From positions 155,682,001 through 155,746,000 of the forward strand of contig OX597814.1 of NCBI GenBank assembly GCA_951406725.2: a stretch of 64,000 nucleotides of DNA, in the 5' to 3' direction. The stretch is from Octopus vulgaris (lineage: Eukaryota). The position numbers and the translations under genes were made by a program. Positions 52,830 to 64,000 of the stretch are shown here, in pieces. Below the pieces are notes generated by a model that ran no database searches, was not told where the DNA came from, and was given only the letters and a program-made list of their open reading frames with translations. Numbering within the stretch: position 1 is the first letter of the stretch; each line of letters starts with the position of its first letter.

Positions 52830-53357
52830 TTTTGTTATGACGTTTCTGATACCTTGCTACCCGTGTTTATGGCGACATTTATCCTCCGGTAACGTCTTCC
52901 ACTCATTTACTAATTTATTACAGTATCGTATCGAGAAATTATCTAAAACATTGCATTTTTACCCTCGCTAAAAGCTTTGGAGTATGGAAAAACAGAACCG
53001 CTGTAATAAGACGCAAATTTGAGTTTCTTATCACATTTCGTAATTTTATTTATGTTAATAATTATATCCTCTAAAAACCACATAATATTATTTCGATAAT
53101 TTATAGATTTATGGACATGTGCCAATATAAGAAACCAATAAATTTGAACCGTTAGTGTCAAGAACAATGGAGATGTCTAAAACCGTAGACATATCATTTA
53201 GCCGCTACTGGTGTTCGTTTTATCATTAGTGCAAACAATGTTATATTCGATACTATATAGGGAGTCAAAAGGTCAAATAAAGTCTCTAACCTGACAGAGA
53301 GGAACCAAACTGAGAGAACTGAATAAAAGTACCACATATACAATAACCTTGTTTGAT

Positions 53358-53432
<75 letters not shown>

Positions 53433-53436
<4 letters not shown>

Positions 53437-53645
53437 AACCAAACATGAAAACACAAAGACAAAACACAACAACGCGAGGACGTGGAACAAATATAGTGTT
53501 ATTGGACGCTCAGGAAAGGAAAGAAAGAAGGAGGATTTAACGTTTCGAGTAGAGCTCTTCGCCAAAAACATAGGAAAACGAAAGATCCAAGGAGGGGAAG
53601 ACGGAGGAAAAAATCGCCAACGGTACACACGCAGTCACATTTTTG
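53433..53645 (-). mobile_element. pLTR-like short element with mutated hammerhead (53536-53571), ending at (TA)n
   Basis: Minus strand reads ttt-ttggcga-agag-ctcta-ctc-gaaac-gtt-aaa, with CUGACGA changed to UUGGCGA. The 3' end abuts (TA)n at 53432. Confidence 0.5.
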
Positions 53646-54240
53646 ATATTCATAAATGTTAATATATTACCATGATTATTATTACTATAATTTATTCCTT
53701 CAGTACAAGCATTCGGTAAAACAATTTTCCATTTACAAAGTAAATTCGAATCAAGAAAACTTTCGAAAATCATCTGTACTGTACTATATTGGTTACTACT
53801 CTTAATTACGACTCTTCGGGACGTTACGCAGGTTTTAATTCCGGCTGACATAATTTCTTTCTACGACAATCGCTGAATTTTCTGGAGGAAAGTAAAAACG
53901 TCCACAAATCTGTTCAAGCTTTGTATTATTAGAACGTAGGAGATGTAGCCTATTATCAGATTTCAAGTGCAAATAAATATTTCAGATCGCCTACGTCAGA
54001 TAAATATGACTATCACAATGTCCTATTCATCATTCTATATAGGTGAGTTATTAAACCTGTGCAACAAGACATTATCTGCATTCATTCATCTTACTTTCTT
54101 GGAAGAATGCTTTTAAAAATATTTCTTGGTTGTATCAATAAATATAAATTCCGTCTTAGCTCATATATTGTTAAAACATATTTAACGTTACAAAAGAAGC
54201 TACTGCGTTTGTAGTATTCTGTGAAAGCTTGCACAAAGGG

Positions 54241-54328
<88 letters not shown>

Positions 54329-54359
54329 ATGTGTGAGTGTGTGTGTGTGTGTATATATG

Positions 54360-54408
<49 letters not shown>

Positions 54409-54625
54409 ATTTATATTTATATTTATATATATACATATACATATACATACACTACATACACACATACATACATATGCATTTACATACATTACATATACGC
54501 ATAAACCTACATACATACACACTATATATATATACATTATGTACACGCACACACAAGCGCGCACACACATATATACATATATATACATATATATACACAC
54601 ATATATATACATATATATGTGTATG
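54241..54625. repeat. Compound microsatellite field
   Basis: Seen directly in the sequence. Confidence 0.95.
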
Positions 54626-55118
54626 CTTATATTTCTAATATCATCCAAAATGCTATAGAAATCCTGGCATGTTTTAGTCTTATTTATTGTCTAGAATAAT
54701 ATAAATGCATAGGATAATCTATGACAAGCTTATAAGCACAAATGTCTTTTTCCTTATATCTTATCGACTGCGTAAATCGCATACAGCTAATGTATCTATT
54801 TCGATAACCACGTTTTTAAATATTCTTCGCATATAAATCATAAAGTCAAGACAAATGTCTACAGAAATCCCAAGAGCTATTAGTTTCATAGTAAACAGCG
54901 CGGTGATCACATTGGAATAAATGGTAATATTTCAATGAACTAAATCTGCAAAGTAGTTGCAATTCTTAGCTGTAATATTTTCATATCACCTTAGGCAAAT
55001 GATTTGAACATCACATTTACTTCAACTTCACACAAGACCTTCGTCCACGTGGAAAATAAACACACACACACACACACACACACACTAGCTAATGTTTGTA
55101 TGTGTATGCATGTGTATG

Positions 55119-55166
<48 letters not shown>

Positions 55167-57324
55167 ATTATTTATATATATATATTACATTTCATTATAT
55201 AATCAACATTAAATAAAGACCGAACAGAATTAATGATTTTGAGACTAAATAATCTTCTAGGTTGTATAACCCGCTACTCTGTGCACCATTTCAGCCATAT
55301 AAATTCTCGCTCTCCCCCTTTTTTTTCTTTGTTTCCTTGATGGCTTAGTTAAGTTCCGCGATAGTTTGATCCTTTATACTTTCCATGTTTTCCTTCTTTT
55401 TTTCTTGTTGAAATATGTTTTACATAAAATGTGATTCGTAAATACAGCAGTAACCTTTGTCTATGACATTGTGGAAAAATTTGAACTATGCATTAGCCAA
55501 CAGAAATATATGTTATTCATCTTGGAGTCCAACTTTCCAAAGAGTATAACAGATGTGTAGCAGTAGGGCCAGTGTAATGATATCACGGTTCGAAGTTTTC
55601 TATATTATCTTCGGCATTTGCTAGTTAAGTAATCTCTGTTAGTCTCTTCGATCAAAAGAAAAGCTATTCAATTGCTATTGTTTAGGTATATGTCTGCATT
55701 AATGGAAGGGACTTTTTCTTCTTTAGTATATATTTTACAATATGTCTGTTAGTTTTATGATATAGTAAGGTGAGATTTGAGTGAAATTTAATTGCTGTTT
55801 CAAGTAGGTCAAGGACTCCGTAGAAACACTCTTGTTGCTTCGATCATAGGAAAAGATGATATGAGAAATGAACGTTTTTATAACCAATTTACAGCAACAT
55901 TACTCATGGGTATATTACTAAAGTATTTATTTAGAATAGCTAATTATTGAAAAGCTATTGACAAGATACCAGCAAATGACTATTCTCCCAATTATTGGGA
56001 AATCTTTCAAATATACTATTACTTCTGGTTACCATATGTATATATTGGCGTTAACATGATTTTCTCAAAATGCTGAAGTGTGTGAAAACGTAAGTTTATT
56101 ATGATACATAAACTTAGTTTCTTTTGTACATAACTCACAGGTTGTTAGCTTGTTATGTTCCCCTCCATAGGTAATTGAACATTCTTTCTCGCTAACTTTA
56201 AGATGACTTGAAGGTAACGAAAGCATAACAACCACATTTCAATTTGTAAAGTATATCTTAAACAAGCATTTCAAGAAAACTAAGAATCTAAGATAGTTTC
56301 TGTAATGCAGTCGAAGCTTAACACATTATACAAATAGTAAATGAAAAAAGACAGAAAACATTCATTATATTAGCTTTTGCTTCAAACCAAAATATTGATT
56401 ATACAGGCTGATATGTTGTAACTGCACTTGAAAGAGTAATGGTTGGTAATATCAAAATATATTGTATGTATATTGTAACTAAGAACTGTGAATCTCACTT
56501 GATGTTGAACGTACATGAAAGTAACAACGGCAACAGAATTTCATTTAAAACAACCTATATTTAGAAAACAACATATGAATTATTTGTTTGTAAAAATTCC
56601 TATTAGCATAGTTTGTGATATCGAAGACCAAAGGAAACGAGGTTAGTTATTTTGTTTCGCTTTAATACTTCAATGAATACAAAGACGGAAGATTTGTGTG
56701 ATGAAATCACGTTATCTTGTACTTACATACAAATATACACACAGTTGTGGGCGTATGAAATTATTTTATTTTCTGCTAAGAGAATGTACTCAATAAACGT
56801 ACTCAATACAAAAGTAGAGAGTCGGTGTTCATTACCGAACTGAATTACTTTGTTAGTACATAAACGTCTGTATTTATTCCGCAATGCACTTTAATGCTAT
56901 GCAAGAAACAATAGTATTACATATTTACGTAGGTAAACACTATGTATCTTCTTCCACGTATTCATTGAATTGTCATTAACTTTAATCTTCCTACTAAAAG
57001 ACACCTTTCAACAGCTGGTTGACCTGACAACTGACCACGATACAATTTTAGCAATCACAGAAAAAGACCACTTCTTTCTGTTTTCTTTTCTTTCTTTCTT
57101 TCTTTGTTGCTTCTCCCTCTTACCAAACCGCCAAAAATTCAACAAGACCACATTCACACACACACAAACACAAACATACACATAGTTGTACGTGTATATG
57201 CACACATATAGATTGAAAATAAAAATCAATCTCTTCCCATGTCAACTCCCAGCTCTCTTTCTATCTCATACACACACACACACACAAACAAATGTTTACA
57301 AGGCATACATTTTCTATAAAATTA

Positions 57325-57368
57325 TTATTTCTGATGAATCTCTGAAACAAGATGAAAGTACTAAATAA
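57325..57368 (+). ncRNA. Near-intact minimal hammerhead ribozyme
   Basis: UUAUUU-CUGAUGA-AUCU-CUGAAACA-AGAU-GAAA-GUAC-UA-AAUAA. Core intact, 4-bp stem II, palindromic stem III AGUACU; stem I is AU-only and out of register by 1 nt. Confidence 0.6.
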
Positions 57369-57449
57369 ATAATCATCCAAAAGTCTGACTATTTCTTTTG
57401 AATTATATATAGAATCTGTCCATCACTTCAAACACCTATACAAATATAT

Positions 57450-57490
<41 letters not shown>

Positions 57491-58059
57491 TACACACATA
57501 CATACACGCACGCACACACTCACGCATTCGTGTTTCTCCTTATTTGATCTCCCTCTGAAATCAGTCTCTAATAGGTCTATCGTGGTTTGAACGGTTTTAT
57601 CCATTTTGGTTTAAAATGCAGATTTGATAGTTTTGTTCAGTTCTTTGTTCTGTCTGAATTTTTACAACATCGTCTGCATTGCCTCTGATCTACGTTTTCA
57701 GTTCCCTTTATATGCTGTTAATATTTTCGATGATACGTTCTATGACGTTTCAAGCCAATGGTTAATCGTGCTATTTTGTTTTCATTACTCTTCTGTTTAA
57801 TTTACGTCATCGTTTTAAAAACCAGAGCAAAGATGCACGAAATCTGCTTCCTTTTTTTACTTCCAGCCTTCCAGCAAGGTGTTTTTCGAAAATTAGTTTT
57901 ATACCATGTCGTCTTCACATCTGTTGTACTTCCTTTTAATTTTTGTGGTGTGATTGTAGAGCATAAAATTATCAGAACCTATTTTTTTATATATTTATTT
58001 TTAATTTTCAGTTTAGATTTTAACATTTTTTAAAAATCATTTTTCTTTTCATTCATTAT

Positions 58060-58225
58060 AGGAGTGGCTGTGTGGTAAGTAACTTGTTTACCAACCACAT
58101 GGTTCCGGGCTCAGTCCCACTGCGTGGCACCTTGGGCAAGTGTTTTCTACCATAGCTTCGGGCCGACCAAAGCCTTGTGAGTGGATTTGGTAGACGGAAA
58201 CTGAAAGAAGCCCGTCGTATATATG

Positions 58226-58264
<39 letters not shown>

Positions 58265-58482
58265 TTGTGTGTGTCTGTGTTTGTCCCCCTAGCATTGCTT
58301 GACAACCGATGCTGGTGTGTTTATGTCCCCGTTACTTACCGGTTCGGCAAAAGAGACCGATAGAATAAGTACTGGGCTTACAAAAGAATAAGTCCCGGGT
58401 TCGAGTTGCTCGATTAAAGGCGGTGCCCCAGCATGGCCGCTGTCAAATGACTGAAACAAGTAAAAGAGTAAAAGAGTAAAGA

Positions 58483-58483
<1 letters not shown>
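58060..58483 (+). mobile_element. SINE family B, well-preserved copy with internal microsatellite and (taaaagag)n tail
   Basis: A box tggctgtgtggt and B box-like gggctcagtccc, then cttgggcaagtgt, internal (TA)/(TG)n, and tail aagtaaaagagtaaaagagtaaagag running into (TA)n. Confidence 0.93.
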
Positions 58484-58547
<64 letters not shown>

Positions 58548-58960
58548 TTTAACTTTAAAAGATTATCACAATTCAATATGTATATTGAGAGAGTTAATCT
58601 CAAGATCGTAAAATTTTACGCCACCAATATCTTAAGCTTTTAACTTATTCAGAACGTAGATTAAGGGCACTTTATTTACCAGATGAATACCATTGTACGA
58701 CACCTCAAATATAATATGAAACTTGACGCCATGAATGGCCACATTTTACCATAAACGTGCAAAGTATTTCACTCTAGCTCTCCAGTAAATGTACACTGTG
58801 ACAAAACTTGCAATTTTAGATACGTGTGCGTGTGCGTCTGTGTGTGTGTTTGTTTGTTTGTATGCATATATGGATATATGAAGATTTACATGTATGATAT
58901 GATACAGTATCTTACAAGTGGTTTCAAGTACAAAAGTTCACATAACTTCTGCAGTGTGAT

Positions 58961-59015
<55 letters not shown>

Positions 59016-59340
59016 TAAATGAGTATCACGAACTATGTTTGAGTTTCACGGATAAGCAGTTCAAGGAACGAATTGAAAGATGCACACTTTATCATAAAAA
59101 TATCTAACATAATAATAGTAGTTTTATCTATATTTATGCGGGGGTTTGTGTGTGTATTTATATTATTCAGAACATACATACATATACGTATATTCACATA
59201 CTCGCATAGACACACGCGCGCACACACACGTGCGTACGCACACATATGTATATTTGCATAACTGTATAAGATATGAGTTTATGAAATTCATGAATATTGG
59301 AAGAAATTGGGCAAGATATAATAGAATACTAATTAGAAAA

Positions 59341-59570
59341 GTGGCGAGCTGGCAGAATCGTTAGAACGCCAGGCAAAATGCTTAGATGTATTTCGTCTGC
59401 CGTTGCATTCTGAGTTCAAATTCCGCCGAGGTCGAGTTTGCCTTTTATTCTTTCGGGGTCGATAAATTAAGTACCAGTTACGCACTGGGGTAGATGTAAT
59501 CGAATTAATCCCTTTGTCTGTCCTTGTTTATTCCCTCTATGTTTAGCCCCTTTTGGGCAACAAAAAAATA
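59341..59570 (+). mobile_element. SINE family C, full length
   Basis: ggcgagctggcagaatcgttag...gagttcaaattccgccgaggtcga...ttcggggtcgataaattaagtaccag. Confidence 0.92.
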
Positions 59571-59604
59571 ATAATATTAATTTACATTCATTAGATTTAG
59601 TTAT

Positions 59605-59876
59605 GTGGAGGCGCAATAGCACAGTGGTTAGGACAGCGAACTCGCGGTCGGAGGATCGTGGTTTCGATTCCCCTAAAGCTCCACGAGGCTCCGGCATGAA
59701 GGGGGGGTGACCCCAGTTGTACTCTTTCGCCCCAACTTTCTCTCAATCTGTCTTCTTCTTTCTTGGGTAACGCTGCAATGGACTGGCGTCCCGTCCACCT
59801 GGAGAACACATACGCCATTTAAACCGGGAAACTGGGCCCATGAACCAGGCTAGGCTTGAAAAGGGCGCATAAAAAA
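59605..59876 (+). mobile_element. tRNA-derived SINE related to family A, with 12-bp TSD
   Basis: Head gtggaggcgcaatagcacagtggttagg...ggtttcgattcc; core gcaatggactggcgtcccgtcca; TSD agatttagttat at 59593-59604 and 59877-59888. Confidence 0.9.
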
Positions 59877-60079
59877 AGATTTAGTTATACATTTGAATAA
59901 TAAAGTTGATATCACATCATTCCAGCGAGGTTTAGCTCTGTAATCGTTTTGATTCTTTGAAAGACACTTATGTTACTTCTATATCATCTTTATCGAAACT
60001 GCAGCAAATGTACACGAAAGCACCTCAGAACTTCCCGGATAGGATTTTATTGGCAATTAAGGTTACATTATATATTCTT

Positions 60080-60267
60080 TGTGGAGGCGCGCGTCTTTGT
60101 GGTTAGAATGTCAGCATCATGATTGTGGTTTCGATTCATGAACTGGGCGACGCGTTGTGTTCTTGAGCAAAACACTTCATTTCACGTTGCTCCAGTCCTC
60201 TCAGCTGGCAAAAAATGTGTAACGCTTTGATGGACCGGCTAGGCTTTAAAAGGGCAAAATAATAATA
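60080..60267 (+). mobile_element. tRNA-derived SINE family D (CORE-like), with 10-bp TSD
   Basis: Head tgtggaggcgc...ggtttcgattc; core gtgttcttgagcaaaacacttcatttcacgttgctccagtc; TSD atatattctt at 60070-60079 and 60268-60277. Confidence 0.85.
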
Positions 60268-62454
60268 ATATATTCTTCATATCTTGGGCACTTTTTATAT
60301 GTAAACACATGTGAATATGTAATTATTTTAATTAATAAATAGATAAAATTAGGAATTTCGAATATACAAAGATAACTTCTTCGAAATGATAAGATTATTT
60401 AAAAAAGAAACAGCATTTTTTTCTAAAGTAAAACCCAACGATTTCTTATTGAATGCCATCATTGATTTTCAACTGAAAATTCACAATCTCTTTTCACGTT
60501 ACCTTAATACTGTTATCGGTTGATATTTACTTTAATTGATCCGAAATGAGAAACCCATAGCAAGGATGATATGCCTTTCATACGTAAGTGTTAAATGGCA
60601 GTATTCGTCTGTTAAGAATTTCACATTCAAAACATAATTCGTTGAAAAAACAAAATTATTCTCACATCTACAAATAGTTATTTATGTGCGTATCTTGTCA
60701 GTTTTGCATCTATTAACCAAGATATAAAGGTAACATCAATGAGGTTAAAAAAAGAATCACGTTACTCTCCGTATGATTTATAAGCAAAATTGGAGATAGT
60801 TTAATATGGAAACAGCTGGTCGATGTATGGAAGAAATGGATGAGTGAAAAGTAAGATATGTTGCAGCATTTAGTTTCTTAAATTTACGGAGTGCACAAAA
60901 TGAGGTTCATTTTGTCTATCATCATTACGAATTCGATAATATTTGAGTATTCTGGTTGATCTAATAGAACATACCCATCTCTCGAATTTCAAGACCTATT
61001 AGTATCTTTGAAGGCAATATTGTAACGATATGTAAACAAATCAGGCGAAAGTACGAATATATCAAATAAGGATAATATTGTACGTATGGTATTTTCTATT
61101 TCATGTTTGTTTTTTTAATCTCCTCATCGCACATGCTATTTCAATATATATTCAAATTGCATATGCAGCGTTTCAACAAGCTTTCAAAATCATACATATA
61201 CACAACATTCATATATATCCATCAATAGATAGGTCGGTAGATATAGCCACATATGAATATATGTACGTATGTATATATTCATACGCATAGTTCTGTTTAC
61301 ATATAAATATTTTTATTACATACACACACATTTATCCGCTAAATACGCATATATACAAATAATGCTTGGTTACTAAGAAGAGAAACGGAATATTAGTTGC
61401 CTTGACCTAAATGCATGTGTTTATCGACTATTTACACTAGATATACAGTTAGGTATGTTAACTGGATTTCAAAGCATTAGTAAGTACTACTTGAAATAAC
61501 AGATAAATCTGTCTTTAAGACGGTGAACGTCGTCTTAAAAAAGAGAGGTAATTTTGATACTGCAATCTTACACAAGATTCTAATGTAATATGGGAAGGTT
61601 ACGAGCAGAAGTTCTAGACCATAGGTTTGCGCATTTAGGTCAGACCAGGAACTTAAAAACAATCGATAAAACAATCATTGCATTATTCTCTAACTTTATG
61701 TCTCTTTAGTTCTATGATATATTTACTCACTCCAAAACACCTGACTGCATTTAAATTAACTAGTTCAACTAAATTGCAGCTATGGACACACAATAAATAT
61801 TTCCGTTCTCTATAACCATTAAATTACAATTATTTGAGCTTTTATTTCCTTTGTTTGTATTTGCAGTAGCAGTCCTTCTTCATAGTGTTAGAAAGGTTGT
61901 TTCAGCAGTTTGCATGCTTTCCACTCTTTCTCTTGCCTTTCTCTAGTTTCTTCCTTGTATATGTGTGTGTTTGTGGGTGTGTGTGGTTGTGTATGCGTGT
62001 GTGTGTGTGTGTGCGTGCGTGTGTGTGTGTGTGTGTGTTACTGTCGCTGTTTGTGAACGTTATTGCTGTCGCTCTTGCTTATTAATACTGGTAATGGATG
62101 CAAACTTTTTTTTTCTAGCCAGGCTTGGTGTATTATGTATTATTCTTTGTCTGATATCATATATAAATCAAGACTTGCACGCTATTGACGCTTGTCATTG
62201 AAATCCTGCCAGATTTCTTTGCTTTATCGGTATATTTCCAACCCAGTTCGTTTACAGTTAGTAGTAAGCGTTGTTGAAGATCCACTAAGTAGTGAATTGT
62301 AGAGAGATGTTTAATCGCTCTGGACTTTGACTGCTAATACCATTAATCTGTCAGATGAAATATGTCCATAATTTGGAAAAAAATATTGCATTTTCTTTTT
62401 GCATTGTATGATGAAATGCAATAACGATCATAAATTGGATGTGCATACATATAA

Positions 62455-62576
62455 ACTCACTCACACACACACACACACACATCTATATATGCATGCATTT
62501 ATATATATACATACATATATACAGATATATAGATACATATATTTGCATATATATATGTATGTATATATATATATAA

Positions 62577-62630
<54 letters not shown>
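62455..62630. repeat. (CA)n/(TA)n microsatellite field
   Basis: Seen directly in the sequence. Confidence 0.95.
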
Positions 62631-64000
62631 TGAAAGTGCAATAAGAACAGATATCAAGGGATAGAGAAACCGATAGATTTACAGATAAAATTCTCAAGCG
62701 ATCAGCCGATCTTATATACAGATACGTTATCAGCAAATACATAAAAAAGGGGAACAGGGATTAATTATACAAACAGCAAAACACACATTTATGTAGGCAG
62801 GTATGAAAATTTGTATGTATCTTTGCGTGAGTGTGTGAGTGCGTGCGTTTCTGCGTGTGAGTGTGTGTGTCTGCGTATGTTTGTGTATGCGTATGTGTGT
62901 GTGATATCTACACTGACAATGGGATTGAATGCCAAAACAGACGAAGAAATTCAGGGATAGCAATGTGCGTTGATGTTTAAATAAATACAAGTGTAGTTGA
63001 ATTAAGTATTCGTTTGTTGAAAGTCTTGGCAAGTATATACTTTTAAGTACATAATTTCCATAAATCAATACTTTAGCAAATAAACTGGCCGTTCCATAAA
63101 AAACGAACATTTCCCATACATTGACATGTAGGCAGTAATATCAATTGAAATGAAATATGTAAATATATGCACCAACATAGATGTGGACTAAGCAAATCAA
63201 GCTAAAAGATGACCAAGATTGACTTAATACCTAAAGAGCGCATGTGCCATATTTAATAAGATATGTTTACATTCAAGATATGAGACACAATACAATTCTC
63301 TGAATGAATGTAATATAGTATCAGTATTCCACTTGAAAATATGATAATGTATTATGAAGCTAATGACAATGCTATGTTCATTTAAATAGCATCGGTTGAA
63401 AGTGCACATGTAAAGAACACGTTAAGTGACACTTCTATATAAAGAGTTACCTAGAAATTATGTATCTTTAATATATATGGTAAATTTTAATTATTATTTC
63501 ATCTCAGTTTATAAATATATATATATATACATATGTGTTTGTGTGTGTCTGTGTGTGTGTATTGATATAAATCTTGCAGACTAACTTTTATTGTATTATA
63601 TTTCAAGCAGGGAGGTATGGCTGTCGTATTCTCAGCATAAATACATAAACATTAGATAGGTCTCTATGCATAATTCTCTTTCTTTCTGCTTATAAATACC
63701 ATATATTGACATACACACGAACGCACGAATGCCCAAACACATACGCGTATACACACGTGTGCATATACTCTTAGACGCATTTGCATATGTACAGCTTCCA
63801 TAAGTGTGAATAATATATTATTGATTTACAAATTTAGTTTATGGGTAAATTTATGTACATAAATAAATATATAATTACTTCAATTCCTTATAAATATAAT
63901 CGAACTATTTAAATTTCTTTTGTCTTCAAAACGGTCTGACATCAATGATATATCACTTTGATATAAATTGATACCGCTTACATTTGTACATATAACGTTT

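Overview
AT-rich, microsatellite-dense eukaryotic non-coding DNA (intergenic or intronic). The SINE families and repeat content suggest an octopus genome, which is an inference from recalled repeat sequences. No intact host protein-coding gene is recognisable, and almost all listed ORFs are (TA)n/(CA)n artefacts or transposon debris. Supported content: (1) a near-complete IR/DR-type Tc1 (DD34E) transposon at 35100-36712 and a decayed Tc3-like DD34E copy at about 30790-31720; (2) Penelope-like element (PLE) remnants with GIY-YIG domains, one with the classic inverted pseudo-LTR arrangement at 11497-12469; (3) minimal type-I hammerhead ribozyme motifs with palindromic stem III: one textbook-perfect (39243-39285, minus strand), two near-intact and several decayed, mostly in short elements ending at (TA)n tracts; (4) a frameshifted LINE ORF1/gag-like gene with no ORF2, bracketed by ~110-bp inverted repeats (19936-22638); (5) R4/Dong-like RT and RTE fragments; (6) about 20 copies of 4-5 tRNA-derived SINE families, several with clear TSDs; (7) foldback palindromes centred on (AT)n and a three-unit tandem array at 39.65-41.67 kb beside the intact ribozyme.
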